Made by a program: the position numbers and the translations under genes
Source of the DNA: Diplonema japonicum
Lineage: Eukaryota; Protista; Euglenozoa: Diplonemea
DNA length: 64,000 nt
Direction of reading: 5' to 3'
Assembly: GCA_964019335.1 (NCBI GenBank)
Contig: OZ025671.1
Location: 620,763 to 684,762 of the forward strand
The notes under the pieces: generated by a model
Database searches by the model: none
Told to the model about the DNA's origin: nothing
The model's input: only the letters and a program-made list of their open reading frames with translations
In this document: in pieces, positions 32,763 through 45,417 of the stretch
Layout of the letters: each line of letters begins with the position of its first letter
Position numbering within the stretch: the stretch's first letter is position 1

Positions 32763-35603
32763 CTAACGCCAATTGCAAGGTGGTGCTCTATGGAGTTTCT
32801 CTAAGATGGTGTACATCTGTGCGTGTATTAAAGTGGCTGCATGACATACCTGATCCCTTTTTGTTGCTGTGCTTATAGACTCCAGACATGCCTGGCGTGC
32901 CTTTGGGGGAACATCTTCTGGTAGCGCGGACAGTCCATGCAATATCCACACACGGAGCTGGGGTTCTTTCATTTCCCTCAAGTTCCAAATAATGTCACCA
33001 ACGCGGTCGGACGTGTCGAGGTCACGGTTGATCACAGCTTGCAGCATAGCTTCAGCCAGCTTGTCACCCCGTGGCTGCAGGAATGCTTGTATGGCCGCTT
33101 TCTCTTCTGATGGAAGCTGAGGCTCGGTAGCATCTAAGAAAAACTTCAGCGTCAGGTAGGCCGCTTCTCTCTTTACATCTGTGTTAACTATGCTTGCAAG
33201 TGCCACGTCGAACACAGCAGCAGCTAAGGGGGACGCCATCAATTTGATAGGAAAGCGTTTTGTTGCCATTGTCATGAGGTAGAAGATCTCTTGGATGAAA
33301 TCTGAGTTAGGGCCTACTGCCTCTTCTGCAAGCATCTTAACGGTCCTTCCAATGAGGACATTCAGCACATCCATGATCGGCCCCACGTAAGCATCTTCTC
33401 TGCCGAACACGGTGATGACGCTCCCCATCAACCACAGTAAGCAGCTGTGCGGCTTGATGCCAAATGCGCTAACTAAGGTCTGGATTAAAGGCTCCAGGTG
33501 TGCCCTGAATTCCAAATCGCATGCAAGCATCACACTTCGCAGAAGTCCTGTCAATTGTTCCATAAGCTGCTCGCTGTTGATCGCCTTCGCTATGAGGTCC
33601 TTCAGCACAGGCCACATAACGCCAAACGCACCAGCCCACGCCTGTGCAGCGGCCCGCGTCGCCTCGCCACCTTGATAGCCCGCACTGTTATCAACACCTA
33701 CGAACAGTGATGCTAACTTCTGAACCTCAATGTTGATCAGCTCAGCATCAGCCCCTATGGACTGGAGTTTCATAAGTATAGGGGCACACAACCCCTCAAC
33801 TGCGCCCGCGAGCTCGGCTACAGGTAGCTCGCTAACCAAGGAGCCAAGACCCTCCATTAGCTTCTTTGCGTTCTCCAAGCTCATCGATCCCGTCAGCATA
33901 GCACGGTCTTTCAAAACGGGGAACAGCCGCACCATGTGTGAGGTGCATGTCTTACAGAGGCTGCACACAGTCGCGATGGCCACCTTGTGGATACGGGGGT
34001 GCGCTAAGGTGCTCATTGTAAGGTTCAACAATGCGGGCATCAGTTCTCCCCCGTTTGTGTTGATCCAAGGACCGGCTATTTTGATAACTTGGATGTAGGC
34101 AGCCTGTACCCTCCAGTGATACTGCGACAGGGTGCTGCTAATTGTCAGCAGTTGCGGGTAGAGCGTGTCCTCCAACGGCTTCGAAGGCGGTGTACATGTT
34201 ATGTAGTACAGAACAGCCTCCACCTCTCTCCAGTTTGCAGGCGTTGTTATGTTTTGTGTCAGCAAGGGATACGCCTTCAGCACAGCCTTGATGGGTGTCA
34301 AGATGCGGCTGCAGTCCTCAACTGCCTCATACAAATCGTGTTCTCTGAATTCGTCGAAAGTGGACTCGTCGTGATCATCCTTTGTCCATGTGTCGCAGTC
34401 TACAGGGTACATGGCCTGCTTCAACAAGACAGGGACAATATTGTTCAAGGGACCCTCAATTGCCGAAGCACACTGCTGGTGCTGCTCGGGGCTCTTTTTC
34501 GCCACAGCTTGCAGAGAGAGGTTCAGTCGATGCCAGAAGCCGAGTGTGTGTGCAAATACTTTCTGGTCTGGGAACGAAGCGGCCTTCACCATAATATTTA
34601 TCATGGTGGCCATATCTTGAGTAACAACACTAACGTCGCGCACGTACATTCTGCACACCCTGGCGAGCGCTCGTGTGAGCGTTTCAGCAGCATCCGCATC
34701 TTCTCCAACAGAGGCCAAGAGGTTGTAGATGTTGAGAATGTTGGAGGCCAGAAACGACGACACTGGATTCCAGTCTACGTCTTTACCGTTCAATAGGAAG
34801 GCCAGCTCCGTGATGACCTCAGAAGCATCATCCTGGAGTTGAGGGTTGCCTAAAGCCTGGACGGATGCCTGCGTGATGGGCGACGCCGCTACGTGTTCGG
34901 GTTGCAAAGAGCCAAATCGCAGCCACTTTGCATACACTTTAAAAACGAATGAAAGCCTCGCTGGGATGCCTTGTGCACCTGTCCACACGCTATGGATAAG
35001 GTCCATCACCAACCTCGTGTTTGGGCACACAGACACCAGCAGTGGATGCTCCGCGTTAATCTCTGGGTCGTCGGCCCGCTGCGCTTCCATCCCGTCTTCC
35101 ATGTCCTCGAGGATGAATCCAGCTTCCTCGCCAAGAGTGTCGAGGAAGAGAAGCAAGATGTCAACTGTTTCGGGCTGCGAGAGAGAGTTGCACAAGTCAG
35201 GCACCAAAGTGGGGTTCGGGTGCAGAACAAGGAGCTTGACGATAGTGAGTGACAACTGCTGCAGAACGTTTTTTGGTGAGCCTTGCCTAAGCCGTACTAT
35301 GTGGTTTAAAACGCACTGTTGCAGCTTAGCGCTGAGGGCTTGGTCTGGCTTAGAGTTCTTGATCCTCCATGTGAGGGACGTCGCACAAAAGTTCAGCACT
35401 GAAGGATCCTTGGAATTAGTCAGCAACTGGTCGATGATTCCCCATGCCGCTTCTTGCTTCCTGAATTCCTGCAACCACTTATCACTTGCTTCTCTCTCTT
35501 CCTTCGATGTCTGATGCCCATACATGAGTCCTATTTGCCTGAGCACCTGTTTCGTTTTTAAACAAAAACCTTTCCATACCTCATCTGATGTAGGTGCCGC
35601 CAT
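32763..35603 (-). CDS. TNPO3: Importin-beta family HEAT-repeat transport receptor (transportin-SR/TNPO3/importin-13-like)
   Basis: 946 aa; N-terminal 'ASDKWLQEFRKQEAAW', 'F.EFR..DL.E.V.D', 'WREVEAVLY'. Confidence 0.8.
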   Translation of the reverse strand: MAAPTSDEVWKGFCLKTKQVLRQIGLMYGHQTSKEEREASDKWLQEFRKQEAAWGIIDQLLTNSKDPSVLNFCATSLTWRIKNSKPDQALSAKLQQCVLNHIVRLRQGSPKNVLQQLSLTIVKLLVLHPNPTLVPDLCNSLSQPETVDILLLFLDTLGEEAGFILEDMEDGMEAQRADDPEINAEHPLLVSVCPNTRLVMDLIHSVWTGAQGIPARLSFVFKVYAKWLRFGSLQPEHVAASPITQASVQALGNPQLQDDASEVITELAFLLNGKDVDWNPVSSFLASNILNIYNLLASVGEDADAAETLTRALARVCRMYVRDVSVVTQDMATMINIMVKAASFPDQKVFAHTLGFWHRLNLSLQAVAKKSPEQHQQCASAIEGPLNNIVPVLLKQAMYPVDCDTWTKDDHDESTFDEFREHDLYEAVEDCSRILTPIKAVLKAYPLLTQNITTPANWREVEAVLYYITCTPPSKPLEDTLYPQLLTISSTLSQYHWRVQAAYIQVIKIAGPWINTNGGELMPALLNLTMSTLAHPRIHKVAIATVCSLCKTCTSHMVRLFPVLKDRAMLTGSMSLENAKKLMEGLGSLVSELPVAELAGAVEGLCAPILMKLQSIGADAELINIEVQKLASLFVGVDNSAGYQGGEATRAAAQAWAGAFGVMWPVLKDLIAKAINSEQLMEQLTGLLRSVMLACDLEFRAHLEPLIQTLVSAFGIKPHSCLLWLMGSVITVFGREDAYVGPIMDVLNVLIGRTVKMLAEEAVGPNSDFIQEIFYLMTMATKRFPIKLMASPLAAAVFDVALASIVNTDVKREAAYLTLKFFLDATEPQLPSEEKAAIQAFLQPRGDKLAEAMLQAVINRDLDTSDRVGDIIWNLREMKEPQLRVWILHGLSALPEDVPPKARQACLESISTATKRDQVCHAATLIHAQMYTILEKLHRAPPCNWR

Positions 35604-35722
35604 AGATCCTCGACTATCTTATGACCCTAGGTGTTGAGTACAGATGTAAAGCCGAATAACTAAATAACACATGTACAGTGTAGTCTACGATACAATCTAT
35701 TGATCAAAATAACAACAACAAT

Positions 35723-36736
35723 TCATTTTACAGTTTTGTTTGAAACTACATATTTAAGAAATACTTCTTCGGAATCACGATCCGAGGCTTGGCGCCTCTT
35801 GAGGAGGACATCGTCACGAGAAGGGCGGAGGGGGAGAGGTGCGGAGAGGAAGCTGGGCTGCTTCCCCACTGGCATGGACGGACGATGGCTCGTTGGTGTG
35901 AGGCGCTTTACAGTTTGCAAAGATGTATTTTGGTTCCGTAACTGCTTCCCACACTCAGTATCACAGCTATGAGAAAAATGAACTGAAGCGATCTCTGCCC
36001 GTCGTGGAGTGTCTCTGCAAGTGGCTGTCAGGTCTGATTCTGCTGCACAGATGGCCTGCTTCGCAGCGGCCTGAGACACCCCATGATTCGCGGCATGGGG
36101 CACACCATGCTGCGTTGGTGGGTGTGGCACAGGGCGCTTAACCACAGTCACGTGCGGCATTTCTTGACAGCTCAGGTCGATGCTGCAAGGAGCCTCAAGG
36201 CACGGCGATAGCTGCTGCTGCTGCTTTTGCGCCCGCCTGGCCTCTGCCATGATGACATCCAGCTGCTCTTGAGCGTCACGCGAGAATGCACTCTGTGTTG
36301 CGTGCGCCCTTTTGAGCTGTGCTTCCAACTCCTTGTTTTCCTGTCGTAATGTATTGAGCTCTTCAAAAACCATCTTCGGTGTCTTCCTTGCCACACCGAA
36401 GAACTGGTCGTAGGTCTTCACAGCTTCTGTGAGGTACGCCCTCTCCGCGCGATCTGCTACCTTGTCATCTTCCATGTTCATCTTTAGCATGTCAGCCTTT
36501 TCCTGCACCTCGTGCAAGACATCCTTCAGATACCTAACACCCTTGCAGCCTAAGCACGGCATCACTTCTGGCAGCAGCGCTTCGTAATGACTGCAAACCT
36601 TCAGCAGCTCCTCCACGGTCACCCTTGCGCGATCTACGTCTCTGATGCTACCTCCGTCGTGGCAGGGGTCCACGCGGGACCTCGTGATATAAACTGCGCG
36701 GTCACATATTGTTTGGCTGAGCTTAGGGACAGGCAT
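35723..36736 (-). CDS. Hypothetical coiled-coil protein
   Basis: 337-aa ORF with an AG acceptor immediately upstream ('cctattcag|gaATG'). Confidence 0.65.
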   Translation of the reverse strand: MPVPKLSQTICDRAVYITRSRVDPCHDGGSIRDVDRARVTVEELLKVCSHYEALLPEVMPCLGCKGVRYLKDVLHEVQEKADMLKMNMEDDKVADRAERAYLTEAVKTYDQFFGVARKTPKMVFEELNTLRQENKELEAQLKRAHATQSAFSRDAQEQLDVIMAEARRAQKQQQQLSPCLEAPCSIDLSCQEMPHVTVVKRPVPHPPTQHGVPHAANHGVSQAAAKQAICAAESDLTATCRDTPRRAEIASVHFSHSCDTECGKQLRNQNTSLQTVKRLTPTSHRPSMPVGKQPSFLSAPLPLRPSRDDVLLKRRQASDRDSEEVFLKYVVSNKTVK

Positions 36737-37573
36737 TCCTGAATAGGTGACGGGTGGCGCGTTGATAGCGAAAGAAGAAAAAAAGGGTCGAGTTCAGGGT
36801 GTTGTATGTTTAGGAGAACGGGAGGGACGGGAGGGGCGGGGAGGAAAGCGGGCAAAGAACATAAGTGTCGAAGAGAAAGGAGTTAAGCACAGCATTGCCA
36901 CGTGTGCTAAGAAAAAGTCTGCGACTGCAAAATGCAGGTCTCTTCCTGGTGGTCTTCATAGGGCTGAAAAAATTGATGATTAAAAGGAAAATAAAAAAAG
37001 AAAAGAAGAAAAAAAAACAGGTGGAAAAGAAAAAGAAGAAAGTAATAATAATAAAAAAGAAAGAGAAAAGAAAAGGGAGTGGCGACTGCTACCTGGACAC
37101 CACGTGGGCAGTTGCACACAAGCTGCTGCACCACAACACTCGCGAAGAGCGTTTCTCAGAACGGTCTATGAAGCAGCAATGCGCCAAACGTGCAATGCTG
37201 CTTTCTTTAGTTTAAATGCAGTGCCCTGGTGGGCATCATGAAGCCACTGGCGCAGTCAAAGGCGCCTCTGAACCTGATAGATAAACAAAAGAAAACGGAC
37301 TGAACAGAGTAGACATAAAACATAAAGTAATAAGAGCGGGACTTGGAAGGGACATAGGGGTTTTTTTTAGTATCAGTTCACCGCAGGGACACCATCATTA
37401 TCATCATCATCATCATCATAAATCATTACTATAAATTCTTCTCTCTCTTTTTATATCCTCCTTTCGTTCTCTTTCTTCTTTTTAATTTTGGCTCAGCTAC
37501 AAGGCCCCTTCACTCTTCAGTGAGTGCCGGTCTGGCTGCGTATCCCAGGCTAGAGAAGGACGGCACTATAATG

Positions 37574-37608
<35 letters not shown>

Positions 37609-38622
37609 CCACTGCAACGGTCGAGCGCTCCAAGCCAAAGATTGCTACCTTTCTAGTGACGAAAAGTGGTGAGGGTAGTGGTCGCTATGTGCTGAGGGTG
37701 GCATGCTTTGCTCGGCTATGCAAACCAGCGCACAGGCTAGTCTACAAGAACACTTTTTTTTCTTTTTACGTTTTGAAGTTAGAAACAAAGGCCGACTAAG
37801 GCAGAGGAAAAGAAGAACAAGAATACCGACAGAGGAAAGCAATACAGCATGCCTGCAAAAAAAAAAAGCTGAAGCACACAGGGAGGGACGAGGAAAATAA
37901 AAAGAAAAGAGAAGAAAACTTAACAGAAGAGATGGGAAAAAAAGGGGGTAAAGAAGAGAGCACCCATAGCCATAGCCTCTCCTCTTATTTACTCCTTTTT
38001 TTTTTCTTAGGGTACGTCACATAATACCCAAAAAAAAGTACAAAACCCACTGATCCCAAAAAGAGGAAATGATTTTTTAAAAAAACCAAAATAGTTTCGT
38101 CTGGATGCGACTCCCATGAAACTATAAAATACCAATGTGAACATGTGCAGCAAGAGTAGAGTACGCTAGGCCACAGTCCTCCTGCGCTTTGCCTAAAAAG
38201 CTGACCACATACTCAACAACAATAGTATCGTGACAAACTAGTGAAGGAAACCCTGGTGAGACATAGGCAAAAAAAATCTGGGGTATAATTCGACTTTTTT
38301 TTAGGTGCTATTGGGGCAAATTATTCTTTTTTTTCTTTTTTTTTTTTCTTTTTTTTTTCTTGTTGATCAATTTATTTCTTTCTTTACACATAAACGGCGA
38401 ACCAGATAAAGGTAGGAGCAAAGGCCTTATCCCCTCACAACCACCGTAGTGTAGCTGCATCTTGTAGCGCACACTTAAAATGTGGAAAAGCAAAACGGGA
38501 AAAGTAGAAAAAAAGAGAAGAAGAAGCGTGAAAGAAGGCAGCAGAAAAAAGGGGAGAAAAGAGGGGAGAAAGAGGGGAAATGAAACTAATGTTAAGTATG
38601 CTGTGCTTCTGTGTCCGCCGCC

Positions 38623-40161
38623 TCACCTCATGTTTCCTTGTGGCCGAGAAGGTGGGTTCCGCATTTGGTTGTACTGTTGTTGTGTCATGCGTGTGACGTG
38701 GCATACCAGTCCAGGTTGGGGGCCGCGAATGGGTGCAGATGGTGAGGAGGGAAATTGGCTAATATTATTATTACTACCGTTTTGTACAACACTATTACTG
38801 TTCCCGCTACTGTTGCCATTGTTGCCAGCAGGCGTCTGTTGGTGCGCGTGTGCTACTGGTGTAGTACATACCGATGGGGTGATGGCGGGGTTCGTCCACC
38901 CGTTTTGGCTCTGGCCCACATCACTTCCTTTATCCTGCCCCAGCCCGTACAGCACACCACAGTGGTTCAGAACGGAGTCATTTGGGAAGAAGTCTTGGCA
39001 AAGCTTGAAGAAACAATGAGCAGTGAGCAGCGAATCCGACCCGGCCTGAGGTGTGGTGTGTTGCAATGTGCAGCGTACCTGGTGTGCAGGGCCTATCCTC
39101 TCGACATCAAGGTTGTCGCCCAGCTTGTTCAACCCGCACATGTCGGACAGCGCACCCCCCGTTTGTTTTAATAGATATTTTACATCAAAAACCTGTTGCG
39201 TTGCACTTGCGTCCAAAACATACCAAAGGGAAGTAAGTGTTCATCAGCTCGAAGAACTCTTCTTCCTCTGAAGGCAGCTCGTTGTTCGTCAGAACTTTTA
39301 TTAAGTACCTGCATAACGTCATTGATTCCAATGAGGCATACCCAAAGTCATAGCCCGAGTGGAAGCTGAGCCATTTGACGGGAGGGTCCGAGCTGAGAAC
39401 AAGCCCACTGCTGGTGAGCAACTCTGCAAAGGTGGCAACATCAATCCCATCTGTGCAGTTCGAGCGTGGGGTTAATATGTGTTAATACCTCTTGCAAATC
39501 TGTCGAAGTCGATGCCTGACCCCGTGAGCAGGTCGATGGAGTCCTGTGCGTAGATGTCGTCGGTGAGATTGAACTTGAAGTTGAATTGCCACGTGCACGC
39601 ACCAGGGGGGTGCTTCCCGTACTCGTCGGAGAAGGTGATCCCTAGCTGGATAATTTTGAGAAGGTTAACGTTGCAGCGCAGTGTTTGGTAGTAAAACTCG
39701 GTGTTCGACTTGAAGTTCCCAACAGGCCGTGCCACCACACCAGGGAACTCTGTGTCCATGGCGACGTATGGGTAATCCACAACAGTAGCACGTATTTGAT
39801 CAAATACTTCTTCTAGCTGGTCAGCCCATACATCGACTATGATATCAGACTCCCCTTCGTTGTGCACTGCATCACCCATGAGGTATTGCTGCGGTGCGTG
39901 GAGGGGCTGATGTTGGTGCTGGTGTTGCGTTTGTTGCGCTGGGATTATGTCATAGTTCTGCTGTGCGTGGTACCCCTGCGGTGTGTACCCCTGCACCATC
40001 TGTTGGTGTTGGTGCTGATGTTGTTGTTGCTGCTGAGGTACCATCTGGTTCACTTGGAGCATCTGCTGCACTTGGCCGCCACCCATCACACCGTGCGACA
40101 CCATTCTGTTCCCCATCGGGATACCGCTTCCCCCTCTCATGTGACCGCCTTTTATTTCCAT
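38623..40161 (-). CDS. CAF1: CCR4-NOT deadenylase subunit CAF1/POP2 (CNOT7/8), 5 exons (introns 39451-39488, 39309-39341, 39193-39223, 39046-39078)
   Basis: '[15 protein letters not shown]', '[10 protein letters not shown]', 'TWQFNFKF'. Splicing restores 'FARD|GIDV..FAELL', 'FHSGYDFG|YLIK', 'YFPL|VFDVKYL', 'IGPAHQ|AGSDSLLT'. Gln/His-rich N-terminus. Confidence 0.95.
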
Positions 40162-40268
40162 TTAGGTTCTTGTTCTATTTTATTCTGTGTGGTGCATTGA
40201 TTGTGAATAAGAAGGGAATAAAGTTGGAAAGGGAAACTTCGGTTTACAATTCCCATCGTGATATAACA

Positions 40269-42022
40269 CTAATCCCTGTCGTAGGCCCAGGGCCCTTTCC
40301 CGCCTTCTTGGCTTCTTGTGTTTTGCTCGCCATAGATGTGGCGGTACCTGGGGTGCCTGGCCAGCTCAGGATAGTTGTAGGGTTTCAAAGCTCTTGTGAC
40401 CAATGTGTACTTCATGATATGTGTGAAAGCCCAGATGGATCCGAAAAGGCTGTGCGTGTAAAAATTATATATGAGTCAAAGGAGGCCGGTGTTGGCGGCG
40501 CCCTTAAAATTAAAATAAGACATACATTGTGAAAATGGCAGCTGCTTGGACCAGCATCTCAAGTATATTCCTCCTTGCAGAGTCAAAGCGCTTCAGGGCG
40601 TCCCAGAAGTCCACCATGATGGGGTACTCCCTGTCACCGACAACAACCGATATCTTCCCCAAAGTGTTCGGGAGGTCGGGTTCCCGTTTGCTCAAGAACT
40701 CGTAAGGGAGGAGAAGTGCATCGATATTGAAGCCAATTGCATGCGTGGGTTGTGAAGGCACGTCCCAAGGGTAGTCGTACCCATCCTGTGAGTAATGATG
40801 CTTGACGACGTCCAGTGAGCGCAAGGGCGCAGGCCACATGAACCGGATAATATCTCTGCTCTCCGCTTCGGCAAGCGGCTCGCCAAGAGGGATGTAATCA
40901 AGACGGTCGTTCCCGACAAGGATCTTGCTCATAGGAACCCACGTGAGCTGTGTTGCGATTTTAAACAAGCGCTTTTCTACATACCTCATATTCATCTGAA
41001 TCGACTAGACCCCCATCAAGGTCGCTGCCTTGCTTCGAGTTCTTTTTAAACAACTTAACCTGCACTTCTTTTTCCTCGCTGCCTTCCCTGGTGGCTACTA
41101 TTTCTGCCCACTTCAAAGCGAGATAGTCAGGTGTGCTTCCAACAGGCTTTCTAAAAATAAACTTTCGTTTCTTTGGGGGCAGCGGTAAACCCGACCCGTC
41201 TAATGGCAGAACTTTCACTAGTTGTCCAGCCTGCGCCTTACCTTCGTAAGCCCTCTGCAAATTAGGGATGTCGTTTGTGATTGGATGCGATAATTGTATT
41301 TTCGCATAGCCGCCCCTCGGCAGCGAAACGGGCACCCCAAGACCGCGTAGCATGCCCCAGAACTTACTCCTCAAGTTGTATGTCAACGGGTTGGGCCAAG
41401 TCTCCTTGATGTAGAAAGTGGGTTGCTCTGCCTGCCAGACTTCTAAATAATCCTGAGGCGGCGGCATTGTCAGCGAGCTTACTTTAGGAGGGCGGAAAGA
41501 TAGATATTTCGAGTTGAAGCTTTCTCTGTACATCTCTTGGATGCTTGGCGGCAGCCTGTTGACAAATAGCTGATAAGTAAGTTCCCAGTTGTCCTTTTGC
41601 ATTTGTGACGTGTGTATGTCCCAAACGTCGTGGGTCACCCCGGTTTTGCTGAACTCCTGAAGCTTCCACCACAGGTCAACGTACTCCTGCGTCGTGAGAT
41701 TTGCGTGCCGACCGTCCATTTCAGAAAGCACGCCGTACTTTTCCCACAACTCCTCCTTTGTCGGCAACGCAACTGCACGGTCTTGTGACACCTTATGCAA
41801 TGCATCTTCAACATTTTCTATTTTTTCAGTTTCGTTTACTTGCCCGTTGCCCTGCTCTTCTTTTTCTTCCAGCTTTATTTCACAGTCTTTATGTTCGTGG
41901 TCGCTCCCAGTGTTTTTGCCTCCAGTGGTCCATCTCCTGCCTTTTGGCACATTTCTCTGAAGTGCCCGTAATATTTGTCTCATATCTATCACCTGTGTAC
42001 AATATGATATGAAAAAGAGCAA
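40269..42022 (-). CDS. Hypothetical (possibly mitochondrial, C-terminally membrane-anchored) protein, 3 exons (introns 40948-40984, 40450-40525)
   Basis: 'SDEYE|LTWVPMSK' joins two ORFs. The second intron extends the C-terminus with a TM segment 'AAAIFTI|LFGSIWAF' to TAG at 40269. The real start is probably at 'MRQILRALQR'. Confidence 0.6.
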
Positions 42023-42060
42023 ATATAAAAAGAAGTGAAAACACTTAACCGGCTATTGGG

Positions 42061-43430
42061 TCACCGACGATGCTGAAGCAAATTGCATCTGTGGTAGTTA
42101 GGTATTGTTGTGTATTTCCATACTTCAAGGTGCGTGTTCTCATGCTTTTCACCATTGTGCTTCGCTACGAACTGAACAGCTTGCAAAGCTGTTGGGAACT
42201 TCACGAGCACACCTCCGCCACAAGGCTGAGACTTGCCTGTGGAACTGTCCTCGGGGAAGGCAGTGCTGTTAATAATATGCACTACGGAACTTGGATACGA
42301 AGGATGCGGTACGGGAGGCGGCGAGAGGGTGTGGGCACGGGAGGGTGTGTAGCTTGACACGTGCTCCTCGACACGCAAGTTGAGGTCATCTTTTTGCATG
42401 CCTTTCATATTGTAAAAGTCCAAGTACATCGGAGCAAGTTTCACCCCCGACGCGTCTGCGTACTTTACAACACATCTGCCTTTAAAAGGGCGGCTGGCCC
42501 CCTGCACCTTCCCGAACATAGCTCCCAGCCTCATCACGTCTTTAGCAGTGCAGCTGTCCCACAAGCCCCCAATGCTCACACAGTTGTCTTCCCACTTTCT
42601 AGATGGGATTTTACATTTGTCGCTGTCATCCTGCTTGGGCTCAAGCCACCCTTGACCTGCCACCCACCTGTTCCAGATAAAATCACGGGGTGCACACTTG
42701 TTCCTTCTGAAGAACTCTTCCAAGCCGTCAGCAGCTTCATCGCTAGACACATCTAGGAGCAAGTTGCGTAGGGCCGTGTTCACTTGTGTGAAGTCTCTGC
42801 ACAGCCCGTTGGCAGGCTGCATAACGATGGAAACGAAAATTCTGCACTTCTTGTCGTGGGTGGTAACTTCTCTGCCTCGAAGATAGTTGACGGCGTAGTG
42901 CGCACCCCCCTTAAGCAGAATGAACTTGCAGTCTCCTTTTACTTGCTTTTCGACAATTTTATGTACGCACCCAAACTGTGTGAACAGCCAGTACACCTCG
43001 AACACTGCAAGCTTGGCTTCGGTCGTTACGAGGCGCAGCCATAGTTCCTCTTGATCCTCTTCCCCTCTGTCGTAGGAAGAACTAACTGTACTGGATGATC
43101 TCGATGAGCTGCTGCTATCCTTTTTCTCGTTCTCGTCTTCTCTCTCGCTGACTGAGAAAGGCGATCTTCCCCTTTTTCTTGTCTCCTCCACGGGTCTTAT
43201 GTTTTCCGGCTGTGTATTGCTGAAGTAAAGGTAAACTGCATACTTTTAGAGCACAATCATTGTCGGGTGGCGGAAAGGACACCACCACGCGCCCCATGGT
43301 CCTCTGGTGTTGGTTAAAGCTTTTCAATCTTGCATACTTTGTATCGCTTTATCACTCCTGTTTTCCCATTGAACTTACTATTCGCCAAGCCCTCCGCTAT
43401 CACCAAGGTCCCCACAGGGTACTCCTCCAT
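42061..43430 (-). CDS. RRM-containing protein with N-terminal KOW/SH3-like module, at least 3 exons (introns 43304-43337, 43210-43243)
   Basis: 'MEEYPVGTLVIAEGLANSKFNGKTGVIKRYK|RTMGRVVVSF...CALK|PENIRPVEE'; RRM-like 'FTQFGCV', 'GAMFGKV', 'LVKFPTALQAVQFV'. Confidence 0.65.
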
Positions 43431-43678
43431 ATCCTGTTGGAATAAAATGCTTGTTGAGAAGTTGAAAAGCAACAATGAGACCATCACTGCACTTGCTAGA
43501 GGCATGAGTCCACTTTGCATTAGAAAGATCGCATATTTCGTATCACCTACCATGATCACATGGCATATTCGAGACGGCAAGAATTCTCGCAACACTAATA
43601 ATTATATGCTCTTACATCAAGCGTGTAACAATAGCAACCGCACCCTGCAAACAATACTTCGCAACCTAACAATGCAAC

Positions 43679-44620
43679 TCAGCAATGTGGTTCAACAGCG
43701 GTCTTGCGAGCCTGAGTGTGGTATACAGATGTTGGCATGCGTACCTTAACAATTGTGTAGTAGTAAAGTCCGATCATGACCATTGTAGTGAAGGATGCCA
43801 TGGCTCTCTCGTCATGTGGGTCGTCTTTGGCACCTTTGAGTACCTTGCCAACCAACCGTGTCTTCAGCTTTAAGCTCTCTCTCATTACCTTGTAGAAAGC
43901 AACAGCACCGCCAGTCATGAGCCCCAGAGAATGCGTCACAATATCAATCTCCTTGTTGAACACCTGGCAGTATGCAGTGTACACGTTTGCAAGGAGCGAG
44001 GATCCCAAGCTGTAAATGATAACTTTTGCATACGACGCTGCGACCCGCCCACCGTGGGCAGCGTTGAGAAAAACCCCTGCATAAGATATAGAGGCCAGCG
44101 GCACGTGCACCAGCAACGAGGCGGGGTGCGGAGAAATGTAACAAGCTGTCGCCGATCCCATCAAAGCAGCCATGCTGAATGGCACAAATGTCTTCTTCGC
44201 CACAGAACCAAAGACAGTCACAAGGGGGCCGGCTGTCCAGCCACCAAAAAGTGCGAGGGATGCCGCGATGCCGATATTTCTGTTCAGGTTTCTGTTATTT
44301 TTTTTGGTAAGTAAATTGTCCCAATTGAGGTGAATGTAACACATCAGGCTGCTGCTAGTCAACATAGTGGGCAACCAGATTGGTGCGAAAGGCATCTGTT
44401 GAAATCCCGCGGCGCCTAACAAGGCCACACCCGCACCTGCTGATGCAAGGAGGTGGGTCTGGGCCATGTCAACTCTTCTTGATTCCCACGTATCCTCGTC
44501 TTTCTCATCATTATTCTTTCGAATGTAGCAAAGCGCTGCGGCTGCCGCTGGGTACAGAACACTGCCAACCTTGCATGCGTTAAGCAGCAGCTCCATCCTC
44601 AGTTCTTTGATGCTTGTCAT
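43679..44620 (-). CDS. Multi-pass membrane protein (possibly Bax inhibitor-1/GHITM-like); candidate 33-nt intron 43712-43744
   Basis: About 7 hydrophobic segments; family assignment is weak. Confidence 0.55.
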   Translation of the reverse strand: MTSIKELRMELLLNACKVGSVLYPAAAAALCYIRKNNDEKDEDTWESRRVDMAQTHLLASAGAGVALLGAAGFQQMPFAPIWLPTMLTSSSLMCYIHLNWDNLLTKKNNRNLNRNIGIAASLALFGGWTAGPLVTVFGSVAKKTFVPFSMAALMGSATACYISPHPASLLVHVPLASISYAGVFLNAAHGGRVAASYAKVIIYSLGSSLLANVYTAYCQVFNKEIDIVTHSLGLMTGGAVAFYKVMRESLKLKTRLVGKVLKGAKDDPHDERAMASFTTMVMIGLYYYTIVKVRMPTSVYHTQARKTAVEPHC

Positions 44621-45417
44621 GTGTTAGGTTCCTGGAGAAGGTACATGTCTTCAGAGCAGAAATCAGTGAATGTAAAACCTTGATCAGTAAGAAACAGGGG
44701 TGGGAAGGGACGGGTCACAGTTTTTTTCTTTCTAGTTTTCGTTCTCCCTTTTCGTTTCTTTTCTCTTTCTCTCTCTCTTTTTTTCTTCTTCTTTTTTCCC
44801 CCCTTGCTTTTATCTGTTGTATTTCATCTTATCTCTCTTTCCAGGCGGGAATAGGGAGGTGGTCGGAATGTGGGAATGTGGCTCATGTTCTTTGTTATGC
44901 AAATACAGGATCTTTGCAAACTAATGTAAGGCACGCCGGATTTTTTTTTTACTTTATTCTTCTTTTTTTTCATGGAAGTCATCATGAGCCTGTAGCGGGC
45001 ACTGTGAAATTAAAAAAAAAACTACAAAATGCGAATCACGTCACGACAGCGCAGCCTTGATCCATTGTGCCACGTGACGGTTCGTGCCATGCGGGTTGGG
45101 TGGACGGTCGTAGTAAATTGCTTGGGGGGGGGGGGGGGGGGGGTGCATTTGTTCCGTGGCTTTCATCTTGAAGTAACAACAGTAAAGAAAGCACAGCTTT
45201 GGTGAGGGTTTCTTGTGGTATGACTCAGGGCACGAGGAGTGGGCACTTAATTAACTATACTTTCATCTCAACGTGGGTAGGGGATGCTGGGGAGGGGAAA
45301 GAAAAGAAAGAAAGCAAAAGTAAAATAGAAGAAAAAAAGGATAAAATTCATATTTTTTTTTTGTTTCCAAGAATGGTGACGACCTGCTATGTGTGGTACT
45401 AAGCCAACTACCATACC

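Noticed and set aside
36750-38620. Lys/Phe-rich short ORFs in the long intergenic region (also 22740-23120, 44650-45400, 49-55 kb)
   Set aside because: Products of A/T homopolymer tracts (UTR/polypyrimidine sequence), not credible proteins.
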